This document shows, piece after piece, positions 23,921 to 32,162 of a DNA stretch of 35,018 bases. Below the pieces are notes generated by a model. That model was not told the origin of the DNA. It did no database searches and was given only the letters and a program-made list of their open reading frames with translations. The first letter of the stretch is position 1. Each line of letters starts with the position of its first letter. The translations under genes and the position numbers were made by a program. The DNA comes from Eubacteriales bacterium (GTDB lineage: Bacteria; Bacillota; Clostridia; Oscillospirales; CAG-272), in NCBI GenBank assembly GCA_045644965.1, contig JAZRHW010000170.1:1-35018 (forward strand), given 5' to 3'.

Positions 23921-24505
23921 TTATGCGTTTGCAGGTGTAAGCAATCCGTCAAGATATGTTTCCGCTTCCGCAAGTGTTGCAAATGTTTGATGCTTCTCCC
24001 AATCACCCTCTTTAAGTCCATTAAGAGCAGTTTCAAGAGGAAATACCGTACCTTCAATAGCGGTTGTGCTAAACTCCACACTCTCGCCTCTTGTCTTATT
24101 ATCACTCGTTACCTTCGTGAATTTAACTCTCGGGAAGAACTCAACCTTGTACTTTCTCGCACCGCCAACCATCTTGGGGATGATGTGACCATAACCAAAT
24201 TCGGGAGCGGTATCACCAATATTAGATGTTACCTCACCGCCTTCTGTTGCAATGGTATTGCCAAGCAATTCTGCACACAGCTTGTCATCATCATCAGAAA
24301 CGGTAAGGGAAAGTGTACCCTTCTTAAAGCTATAATCGCTCTCTGCAAGTCCATCATTTGCATACAATTCAGCAGTGTTGTATTCAGGAGCAAACTTTTC
24401 ATCTACTACCTTTTCAAATACAGGCACTTTTTTATCGGTAAGAGGTGCATAAGCACCACCGACAATTTTATTGTATTTTGCTTTCTTAAAACCAATTCTT
24501 GCCAT
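23921..24505 (-). CDS. major tail protein
   Basis: 194 aa, MARIGFKKAKYNKIVGGAYAPL... Position upstream of the chaperone genes. Followed by a terminator. Confidence 0.8.
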   Translation of the reverse strand: MARIGFKKAKYNKIVGGAYAPLTDKKVPVFEKVVDEKFAPEYNTAELYANDGLAESDYSFKKGTLSLTVSDDDDKLCAELLGNTIATEGGEVTSNIGDTAPEFGYGHIIPKMVGGARKYKVEFFPRVKFTKVTSDNKTRGESVEFSTTAIEGTVFPLETALNGLKEGDWEKHQTFATLAEAETYLDGLLTPANA

Positions 24506-24849
24506 TACAATATCCTTTCTTTCTCGAATGAGCAGGTTTTGTGATAAAGCCCTGTATCTTCCTCATACATTTCTTCGCTATCTTCAACCCATACCCAATC
24601 ATTATTTTTCATTTTTTGTTTGATTTGTCTTTCAATATCTAAATAATTGCCATCACTGAAAATATCCACATCAACGGAGCAAATGCTACACAGATCCTCA
24701 TCGTTGGCGGACAATGCAGGTGCTTCACCCGTGATAGTCCAAGTAACAAACTTCTTTGATTTGCCCTTATATCGCAAATGGGCGATGGGTATCTGTTCTT
24801 TCGCAATAATAAGATTTTCACCCAATATTAACTTTAATTCTTCATTCAT
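24505..24849 (-). CDS. tail completion / tail terminator-like protein (assigned by position)
   Basis: ATG at 24849 with AGGGTGA RBS (the track start at 24855 is TTG). Lies between the gp10-like and major tail genes. Confidence 0.55.
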   Translation of the reverse strand: MNEELKLILGENLIIAKEQIPIAHLRYKGKSKKFVTWTITGEAPALSANDEDLCSICSVDVDIFSDGNYLDIERQIKQKMKNNDWVWVEDSEEMYEEDTGLYHKTCSFEKERIL

Positions 24850-24851
24850 AC

Positions 24852-25259
24852 TCAATCACCCTTAATATATTTGTCTTGTACTTTCTGCATTGCTTGTTCA
24901 ATGTCTTTTTTCTTAAAAGCCTTTCTAAAAAACGGTTTCTTGGCTTCACCTGAGCTTGTACCGTATTCCCTCGCTTGTGCAATTAAGGGAATAGGCACTC
25001 CCTCATCATTATAGCCGTAAAAACCTATATGAACATTTATACCGTCATCGCTCGGAGTTTTATATACTTTAGTTATCTTTAACCCTTTTTCCAACGATCT
25101 TGTGCTTTTGAACGCTTTACTCATATTGGATTTTACGTTGTTATAAACAACCTCTGCTCCCGACTTGCACATTTCACCGAATATCTTATCGCAATCCGTT
25201 TCTAAATCCTCAAATACTTTTATTAAGTCATTCGGCAATTCGCTTTGGAATTTTGCCAT
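24852..25259 (-). CDS. HK97 gp10-family tail component
   Basis: MAKFQSELPNDLIKVFEDL...AREYGTS... pattern. TAATG overlap with the upstream gene. Confidence 0.65.
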   Translation of the reverse strand: MAKFQSELPNDLIKVFEDLETDCDKIFGEMCKSGAEVVYNNVKSNMSKAFKSTRSLEKGLKITKVYKTPSDDGINVHIGFYGYNDEGVPIPLIAQAREYGTSSGEAKKPFFRKAFKKKDIEQAMQKVQDKYIKGD

Positions 25260-25585
25260 TACTTTACCACCACTTTCGCCTGAATTTCAAGCTCTATGTT
25301 AGCTTCGTCAATGTTGTTTAAGTATTCGATAGAATAGATCTTTGAATTGTATTCTATGAGCATATCCCTTGTAATTTCCTTTTTGGGAAATCTAATTGTG
25401 AAATTGGTATATGCTTTTTCAAAGTCGGTGTTGTTTACAATTAAAGTATATCCCTTTGTGGTTTTTACCTTTGGCCAAGCATTAAGGACAATGCTTTTGG
25501 TTTTAGTGATAAAACCCGCACTGTCCTCTTTGCTCTCTTCCTTGAATATGGATATTCTCTTGTTATATTCCCCTGCGTTTATCAT
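25259..25585 (-). CDS. head closure / head-tail adaptor protein
   Basis: MINAGEYNKRISIFKEES... is the typical N-terminus. ATGA overlap with the upstream gene. Confidence 0.7.
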   Translation of the reverse strand: MINAGEYNKRISIFKEESKEDSAGFITKTKSIVLNAWPKVKTTKGYTLIVNNTDFEKAYTNFTIRFPKKEITRDMLIEYNSKIYSIEYLNNIDEANIELEIQAKVVVK

Positions 25586-25884
25586 AGGTTATTCCTTGTG
25601 TGCATATCCAATATAGTCTGCACCATTTTATTTATGTTGGTTTTATCAACATATAAAGTCCTATTATCGTGCATATCCTGACAAAGAATATACGCAACAA
25701 TTACAAAATCAGGGAAGTCATCCAAGCTTTCCCCCTCTTCGCTTGTTACAGGAATACCCGTATAGCTTGAAATATAATTTTTGGCAATATTTAGATATGT
25801 TTCGATGTTGCTGTCCTCATAATCGTCAACCCTTATGTAACTTGCAACATCTTCAATGGTAATTTCGCTTACTTTTGATACCAT
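25582..25884 (-). CDS. gp6-like head-tail connector protein
   Basis: ITIEDVASYIRVDDYEDSNIETYLNIAKNYISSYTG pattern. AAAGGAGGGGG RBS. Confidence 0.7.
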   Translation of the reverse strand: MVSKVSEITIEDVASYIRVDDYEDSNIETYLNIAKNYISSYTGIPVTSEEGESLDDFPDFVIVAYILCQDMHDNRTLYVDKTNINKMVQTILDMHTRNNL

Positions 25885-25937
25885 TATGTCCCCCTCCTTT
25901 ATCGAGGTTGCCCGAACATTATCGTACTACTCGTTAA

Positions 25938-27092
25938 TTAGGTTGCAGAACCCGTTACCGCAACTGCGATCTTCTGTGTGTCCTCAACCTTTGCATCAAG
26001 CTCGCCCCAAGCAACTACACCGATAGCGTGCTGAGTTGCAAACTTCTCGGTAAGCACCTGAATCTCGGTCTTTTCGCCCTCCTTAACGGCAAGACCCGAA
26101 AAATCACCGAACATTACAACAGGCTTGGAAGCTGTGCCAAGAGCAGACATTCTGTCTGTGCAATAAACATCATTGCCCATAAGCTTGTAACCCCACTTGG
26201 ATGTGCTGTCCTTCTCAAGAAGGTAGTTGCCCTGACCGTCCTTCAGCTTTCTAATAGCCTTTCTTGTCGCTCTGTTCATAACCCAAATAGAATCTGCCTG
26301 ATATGCATCGGGGATAAGCTCCTGAGTGTCGATAAGCTCATCTGCGGTAATGGCAGATGCCTTAGCAAGTGTTACCTTCATATTGGTAGCATCGTAAGAA
26401 CCTGCGACACCGCTAATCTTGCCCGATGTACCATTAATAAGCTCACCGTCAATAAACTTAGCGATCTGCTTAGACATCTTGTTGATTACCCAATTGGTAA
26501 GATCGAAGTCGGAGTTTCTAAGAAGAGACTTTGCGATCTTTGTAAGTGCTCCATAGAGGAAGCCTGTAAGCTCAACGGTAGCAAACTTGTTAGCACGGCT
26601 CTCAAGCTCAGCAAACTCGTTAGCGTAAGCTACGGTGATGGTATCGCTTGTGTTGTCCTCCTTGGGAACGTTGACTGTACCTCCGATGTTGTACTTAGTT
26701 GCCATCTTGTAAATAGGCGAAATGTCCTCAACCTTCTCTACAATCTTCTTGACAATAGTCTTGGGAATAACCGCACCGTTATCACCCTTTGTAAGATTTG
26801 TCTCTGCTCTGCTCTCAATACCTGTTACGGTGTTTCTAATGTAGTCTGCGAAGGACTTAATGTCTCTCTCTTCAACAGTTGCATCCTTTACGATTTCCTT
26901 GTTCTCGTTCATATTTGTTCTTTCCTCTCTTTCGATTGTTGCATCAATATTTTTAATTTCGTTTTCAAGTTCATCAAACTTGGTAATTTCTTCGCTTGTC
27001 ATCGCTCTTTCCTCTGCCTTTGCGGTGTCAAGCATTGCTTCAAGCTGACCCTTCAGGTCGCTTCTTCTTTCTTCAAGACCCTTAATATTCAT
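25938..27092 (-). CDS. HK97-family major capsid protein with N-terminal delta (scaffold) domain
   Basis: ATG at 27092 with AAAGGAGG RBS (the track start at 27122 precedes the RBS). Coiled-coil N-terminus followed by a capsid core. Confidence 0.9.
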   Translation of the reverse strand: MNIKGLEERRSDLKGQLEAMLDTAKAEERAMTSEEITKFDELENEIKNIDATIEREERTNMNENKEIVKDATVEERDIKSFADYIRNTVTGIESRAETNLTKGDNGAVIPKTIVKKIVEKVEDISPIYKMATKYNIGGTVNVPKEDNTSDTITVAYANEFAELESRANKFATVELTGFLYGALTKIAKSLLRNSDFDLTNWVINKMSKQIAKFIDGELINGTSGKISGVAGSYDATNMKVTLAKASAITADELIDTQELIPDAYQADSIWVMNRATRKAIRKLKDGQGNYLLEKDSTSKWGYKLMGNDVYCTDRMSALGTASKPVVMFGDFSGLAVKEGEKTEIQVLTEKFATQHAIGVVAWGELDAKVEDTQKIAVAVTGSAT

Positions 27093-27132
27093 AGTTCCTC
27101 CTTTATTTCGCACAATTTTCATTGTTCGGGCT

Positions 27133-27954
27133 TTAGTTTAATTTGGCAAGTCTTTCTTCGAATACAGAATAATCAACTGCTCGTTTTTCGGTTTCCTCGG
27201 TTGCTTTTTCAGTTTCTTCGGTTTCCGTTTTTTCTTCGGGCTGTTCTTCTGCCCTCTTGGTTGTTTCGGATGCTTTCATCTTTTCAACAATTTTACTCGC
27301 AACCATTTCCGCAAAGAGTTCCAATTTCTGCTTTTCCTTTTCGATGTCAACCGCTTTGTGCTGATCATCAATAGCTTTCCAATCAGTTTTTTCTTGCTCA
27401 TTGATTGCTTCGTGCTTTTTCTGTGCATCTGCTTCAATCTCCTCGATAGTTGCTCTAATCTCCAACTCTTTTTCACCTTCGCATCGTGTCTCAATGCTTG
27501 TGCCGTAATATGCAGGTGATTTTGTATCATCCAATATCGACACCTCGACCAAATCCATATCATTGACCGTTCTCGTTGTAATAGATCCGTCATCGCCTAC
27601 ATCGTCAGCGTTTGAATAAAAGCCAAAGCTCCAACCGACCAACTTGTTATTTTTCGCTTTTTCTACCACTTCGGCATCCGTTATGGTAACTTCTGCTCTC
27701 AAACCGATGTTATCCTCTTCAAGTCTTGCAGTTCCGTCTTGCGTGTTTGCAAGCTCTCTATCGGGATTATGATTCAGGAGCACCTTTACGTTGTCATTTC
27801 GCTTCAATGCCGTTTTGAATACTCCCGCTTTGATCTTTTCAATAAATCTCTGCATTTTGCCCCTCAAATTAGCTTTAATGGGCTTTGAATATCGTTCTAC
27901 TGCATTGACATAGCCTGTAACAACAACACTATCCTCTCTAACTTCGATCTTCAT
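27133..27954 (-). CDS. HK97-family prohead serine protease with a long acidic C-terminal extension
   Basis: VKVLLNHN (His) and LVGWSFGF (Ser) motifs. Lies between the portal and capsid genes. Confidence 0.85.
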   Translation of the reverse strand: MKIEVREDSVVVTGYVNAVERYSKPIKANLRGKMQRFIEKIKAGVFKTALKRNDNVKVLLNHNPDRELANTQDGTARLEEDNIGLRAEVTITDAEVVEKAKNNKLVGWSFGFYSNADDVGDDGSITTRTVNDMDLVEVSILDDTKSPAYYGTSIETRCEGEKELEIRATIEEIEADAQKKHEAINEQEKTDWKAIDDQHKAVDIEKEKQKLELFAEMVASKIVEKMKASETTKRAEEQPEEKTETEETEKATEETEKRAVDYSVFEERLAKLN

Positions 27955-27978
27955 TCTCTCACCCCCTCTCTTATGCCT

Positions 27979-29205
27979 TTAATTTTCGTTCTGTTGCGTA
28001 TTGTTTTCGGGCGGGGTAAGTGTGCCTTGTGTGCCACTTGCACCCATCTTGACAAGCGTATTGGTGTTAGGTGTATAGATTTCGCCCGTGTTTGCGTTCA
28101 ACAGTACCTCACCAAGACCCAATGTGATCATATCAAGACCTTCTATCGCATCATCATCTTCCATATACCTGATCTCGTTACGTGTCTTAAAGCCCGTTGT
28201 AATGGCAATTCGGTACGCATCGTAACGTTCTTTAAGGCTACCCTTTAACAATTCTTTGGTATCAGGTGCGAAATAGTAAGATTGTTTTTCCTTTTCAAGC
28301 AAAAAGTCTCTGTTTAATGCGGTAGCAAATGCGGTAGCAATAGGCATTATTGCGTTTTTGATGAAATCGTCATAATTGGTGTGTAAATGGAATATTTCTC
28401 TCACTTCATCCGCAAATGTTCTTGTTTTGGAGTCCATTTCGTTCTGCTGAGATGAGTTGCTTGCTTCCTGAAAGTCAATACCGTCATTCAAGACAACTGT
28501 ATTTGCGTTTCCTGCGTAATAATCTTCCCAAGCCTTTTTAAGAGCTTTCATTGACTTTTCGTCAAGGTGCTTCTGCGACTTCAAGAAGCCTTTGCGTGAT
28601 CCACCCGTTGCTGTTAGCTCATATTCGTATCTTAATCTCCTAAACGCAGTTTCCAACGCTTGACTTATTTCTTCCGTCAAGCCTTTTCCGCTTGCTCCGT
28701 CTTTGGTGTTTCTCAAAAGTTTGATAAATTCGTGGTTTTTATAGGTTTTGCCATCCACCATTATGTCAAATCTCTTGAATATTGCATCAGTATTCTTTTG
28801 GAGTACGATTTTTTTATCCTCAACGTAAAAAAGACCGACAAATTCATTTCTTATCTTCTTGATGTAAGCATAACCGCCCTGACCGAGAAGGTAATCTTCG
28901 CAAATTGCCTTTTTGAATTGGAATCCGTCCAATGTGTCCGTGGTATCTTCGTTGATTATCTTAACTCTATTATCTGCAACCTCCACCGTTGACCTTTTTC
29001 CGTTCTCGATTGTTTCTTTATAGAGCTTGAACGGTATCATTGCAAAGGTGTTGCAGATCAAATCTACACAACCGCTTATCACAGGAATTGATAAGGCTGT
29101 TGCTCGATCAACTGTCTGTCCCTGCAACAGTGCTCTCAGCAAAAGATCATCAACGTGTGTTTCGTCCATCACTTCTTCACGATTGTTTTTACTAAATAAT
29201 CCCAT
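27979..29205 (-). CDS. HK97-family portal protein
   Basis: 408 aa. GAAAGGAGG RBS. Position after the large terminase gene. Confidence 0.9.
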   Translation of the reverse strand: MGLFSKNNREEVMDETHVDDLLLRALLQGQTVDRATALSIPVISGCVDLICNTFAMIPFKLYKETIENGKRSTVEVADNRVKIINEDTTDTLDGFQFKKAICEDYLLGQGGYAYIKKIRNEFVGLFYVEDKKIVLQKNTDAIFKRFDIMVDGKTYKNHEFIKLLRNTKDGASGKGLTEEISQALETAFRRLRYEYELTATGGSRKGFLKSQKHLDEKSMKALKKAWEDYYAGNANTVVLNDGIDFQEASNSSQQNEMDSKTRTFADEVREIFHLHTNYDDFIKNAIMPIATAFATALNRDFLLEKEKQSYYFAPDTKELLKGSLKERYDAYRIAITTGFKTRNEIRYMEDDDAIEGLDMITLGLGEVLLNANTGEIYTPNTNTLVKMGASGTQGTLTPPENNTQQNEN

Positions 29206-29223
29206 AGTTTCTTCCTCCTTTCG

Positions 29224-30933
29224 TTAGAATACTTGGCATATAAAGCCATCTTCAAAAATAATATCTCGTTGAAGCAGATATGTGGCATTTAATATCGCCA
29301 TTACCATATCCACCTTGCCATTTGACTTCTTCTTATGCACATAACGGTTTAAGTTTGTGTCAAACGTGCATCTTGCGTTCTCAAAATTGATCTCAAGCAA
29401 CGTGTTAGGTTCATACTCAAACTCTTTATTGACTATTTTTTCATATAAAAGTTTGGTTGGTGGATGTAAAGTGTCGCTGTGCTGACGGATCTGTATGCAG
29501 TTAATGCCCGCACGTTCTCCACCGTTTCCACCTTCCCACTTTTGAGCAGAAGATAAAGCATTAAAACGGTCATAGCCTAATGCTTTAATCGTCACTCCGA
29601 ACCTTTCCTCCATACAGAATACAAAATCCTCTATAACACCATAATCAACGGTCTTGTTTCCGCAAGCTATGCACTTCATAGCTTCAATAAATCGCCTATA
29701 ATCTATTTTTTCAAACTGTATCTTTTCATCAATGCGACCTTCAGGAATAAATGCCCACGCATCAGCCATTATTCTTCCATCTTCTTCGGCTACCATTGCG
29801 ACAGAACAGTTATCATTTGTCATAGCCAAGTCAACACCGATATAAACCCCTCTGCCTTGCCAATCTATCTTATTGACCTTGCATTGCTTTAGATCGTTAA
29901 TGTCGATGAAGCTCTCTGTGCCTACACCCTGATAGATGATGTTGCAGTGCTTGGTTAAAAAGTTTTCCCTCGCACTCTCCATCGCTATGGCTCTTGCTCT
30001 TTTCTTTAACAAGTCAGCCCATATTTCGGGGATCTCTAACGCTACGGGATTGGCTTGCTTCAATATAATGTCATCCGTTGTCCAATTCTTCGTGTTGTCA
30101 GGTTCATACAATAAAGCAAATACCGTCTCATCCTCTTCAAGTCCATCTAACACTCGCTTTGCGTAATTGACTTCATCCTCAAAAGGATTATTGGCGGTCG
30201 GATATTTCGTTGATATTATGCAACCGATTTTATTCTTTATGTTTAGCTGTCCTGATCTCATCGCTTCAATAGGGTATGAGTTCGGCAAAGCACCGACTTC
30301 ATCAACCACAAAAGCGTTTGGCAATCTACCATCCAACCTTGATGTTGAATAGGAAAGCGGAATAAATTGGCTCTCGGTGAGCTTAAATGAGATATAATCT
30401 CTCAGGATCTTAAACCTCGGCTCGTCTTTGTGCATATACACCAATGGGCTTGCCTTTAAGGTTTCACTTATTGCTTCTTTAATCTCCCTTGACAACGTTC
30501 CGTCAGGAGCTACGGAATAAAATTTGCTGAATCTCGGCTCTAATAGGAACAGCAATAGAAATAGTGTTCCGACTGTATATGTCTTAAAGTTTTTTCGGCA
30601 GATTTCCAAAATTCCTGTTTCGTATCTTCGCCTTGCTTTATCTTCTCTATATACAACCGCCAATATGGATATATAAAAAAGCCACTGATAATTGGCAGAA
30701 CATTCGTATAACGTTTGCCCCGCTTTCAAGCCTTTCGGCATTATCAATAGCTTTAATACATTTTCAATTTGTTTTACTTTTTCTTCGTTGATACAATACT
30801 TTTTGTCCTTACCGTCTGCGATCTCGATAAACTTCTTACATTGTTTTTTTACGTATTTAGGAGCTTCTTTTGACTTAATACACTCTTTCGCATATATATA
30901 GGCTTTGTTATTATGAATATATGCGTTTTTCAT
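29224..30933 (-). CDS. terL: terminase large subunit (Terminase_1 type)
   Basis: 569 aa. Directly downstream of terS. ATPase N-terminal half and nuclease C-terminal half (VGVDLAMTNDN, GYDRFN). Confidence 0.9.
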   Translation of the reverse strand: MKNAYIHNNKAYIYAKECIKSKEAPKYVKKQCKKFIEIADGKDKKYCINEEKVKQIENVLKLLIMPKGLKAGQTLYECSANYQWLFYISILAVVYREDKARRRYETGILEICRKNFKTYTVGTLFLLLFLLEPRFSKFYSVAPDGTLSREIKEAISETLKASPLVYMHKDEPRFKILRDYISFKLTESQFIPLSYSTSRLDGRLPNAFVVDEVGALPNSYPIEAMRSGQLNIKNKIGCIISTKYPTANNPFEDEVNYAKRVLDGLEEDETVFALLYEPDNTKNWTTDDIILKQANPVALEIPEIWADLLKKRARAIAMESARENFLTKHCNIIYQGVGTESFIDINDLKQCKVNKIDWQGRGVYIGVDLAMTNDNCSVAMVAEEDGRIMADAWAFIPEGRIDEKIQFEKIDYRRFIEAMKCIACGNKTVDYGVIEDFVFCMEERFGVTIKALGYDRFNALSSAQKWEGGNGGERAGINCIQIRQHSDTLHPPTKLLYEKIVNKEFEYEPNTLLEINFENARCTFDTNLNRYVHKKKSNGKVDMVMAILNATYLLQRDIIFEDGFICQVF

Positions 30934-30937
30934 TGTC

Positions 30938-31297
30938 TCACCTGATGCCCAATGCGTTTAGAAGTTCATCTTCGCTTTCTGTATCTTCATCTTCGCTTCT
31001 CAACGTTTTGATGATCTTGATAAGTGTAGCGACTGTTTGATTTGATGCAGTTGCGGTCTTGTTGTATTCGTTAATAGCAGGATGCGTATAAATGTTACCC
31101 CTGCCTTTTACATATTCCTTTGTTACAAGCGTTCCATCCTCTTTGATCTTTTGCTCCAACTCAGTTAGGATGGTCAACTGTACTTGATACCTTTTGAACG
31201 TTGTTAGGAAAAGAAAGTTTTGTTCAACTCCGAATTTCTGTGCAATTCTTAATATTTCGTTCGCTTGTTCTTGAATATTAAAATTCACCTTTTCCAT
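30938..31297 (-). CDS. terS: terminase small subunit, P27 family
   Basis: FKRYQVQLTILTELEQKIKEDG...NIYTHPAINEYNKTATASNQTVATLIKII pattern. Immediately upstream of terL. Confidence 0.8.
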   Translation of the reverse strand: MEKVNFNIQEQANEILRIAQKFGVEQNFLFLTTFKRYQVQLTILTELEQKIKEDGTLVTKEYVKGRGNIYTHPAINEYNKTATASNQTVATLIKIIKTLRSEDEDTESEDELLNALGIR

Positions 31298-31313
31298 TTA
31301 TTCACCTATAACA

Positions 31314-31339
31314 AAGGGAGAGCTTTTACACTCTCCCTT
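31314..31339 (-). promoter_or_regulatory. perfect 9-bp-stem hairpin just upstream of terS (attenuator or cos-proximal structure)
   Basis: AAGGGAGAG-N8-CTCTCCCTT. Lies 4 nt after the miniprotein stop. Weak TGTTAT tail. Confidence 0.5.
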
Positions 31340-31343
31340 GCCC

Positions 31344-31505
31344 TTATTTCGTTTTCTTTGTTCCGCTTGTCTTTTTTGCCGTTGCCGTTTTCTTCTCGTC
31401 TTTCTTTTTGGGTGCTTCTTTTGCATATTCCCCAAGTCCGAACTCTTTTCTTACACTCTCAGGAAAATAACCTGTTGGTTCTGTGTACTTAATTTTCTTT
31501 GCCAT
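31344..31505 (-). CDS. 53-aa lysine-rich miniprotein
   Basis: Not in the ORF track. ATG at 31505 lies 8 nt after TAGGAGG. Sequence MAKKIKYTEPTGYFPESVRKEFGLGEYAKEAPKKKDEKKTATAKKTSGTKKTK. Confidence 0.6.
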   Translation of the reverse strand: MAKKIKYTEPTGYFPESVRKEFGLGEYAKEAPKKKDEKKTATAKKTSGTKKTK

Positions 31506-31520
31506 TTATTAATCCTCCTA

Positions 31521-32162
31521 TTATTTAAGATAATTATTCATAACATTTACGATTGCTTGACTTTCTTTTGTTGCTTTCTTTCCGTTGCAGTAAACATCAC
31601 TAAATGCTTCGGCAATACATTCTCTTGGATTGAATTTTGCATATCCACTAATTTTTCCTGCCATATCCGCCACGGTGCCCTTGAATTTACCTTGCTTTTT
31701 AGCCTCTCTCAAAATTGCAGTTGCTGTGTCGCCCTTAACTGCTCCCATTTTCGCCCCAACCGCATCCGTTAAAGCGTGTCCCAATTCGTGTGATGCTACC
31801 GCCTGTAAAGCGGTCTTTTTGCCCTGTGATGGATGAAAACCACTCTCAACGCACTTTGCATAAGCACCTTCCATTTTCGCCTTGTCAAAATACGATGAGT
31901 TAATTGCAATGTTTGAACCATCATAATAAGCCATTGTGCTTGCTCCACCGCCTTTTAAGGTTGCAATTTCTATATCGTTGCCTATTATGTAGCCGTACTC
32001 ATCGTAAACATCCTTGAATGTCTGTAATGTTTCGTCAACCTCTTGCTGTTTTCCTTCTCTTGCACTAATAAGTGAGGTGGTTGATACAATATCTGCGGGA
32101 TTAAGTGTGCTATTACCGCCCGTCCAACCGCTTCCTCCGCTTGAAGCTCCTCTTCCTCCCAT
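31521..32162 (-). CDS. HEXXH zincin-like protein with Gly/Ser-rich N-terminus
   Basis: ASHELGHALTD motif. The track start at 32183 is TTG, whereas ATG at 32162 overlaps the upstream stop as TAATG. N-terminus MGGRGASSGGSGWTGG. Confidence 0.6.
   Translation of the reverse strand: MGGRGASSGGSGWTGGNSTLNPADIVSTTSLISAREGKQQEVDETLQTFKDVYDEYGYIIGNDIEIATLKGGGASTMAYYDGSNIAINSSYFDKAKMEGAYAKCVESGFHPSQGKKTALQAVASHELGHALTDAVGAKMGAVKGDTATAILREAKKQGKFKGTVADMAGKISGYAKFNPRECIAEAFSDVYCNGKKATKESQAIVNVMNNYLK

Noticed and set aside
23858-24544. 228-aa plus-strand ORF
   Set aside because: It is antisense to the major tail protein gene. It is Cys/Phe/Ile-rich with no domain-like motifs and no RBS. It is a shadow ORF.
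26028-27374. 448-aa plus-strand ORF, the longest ORF on that strand
   Set aside because: It lies entirely antisense to the major capsid and protease genes. The translation is low-complexity and Leu/Cys/Ser-rich. It has no RBS, and it breaks the otherwise strict strand organisation. It is a shadow ORF.
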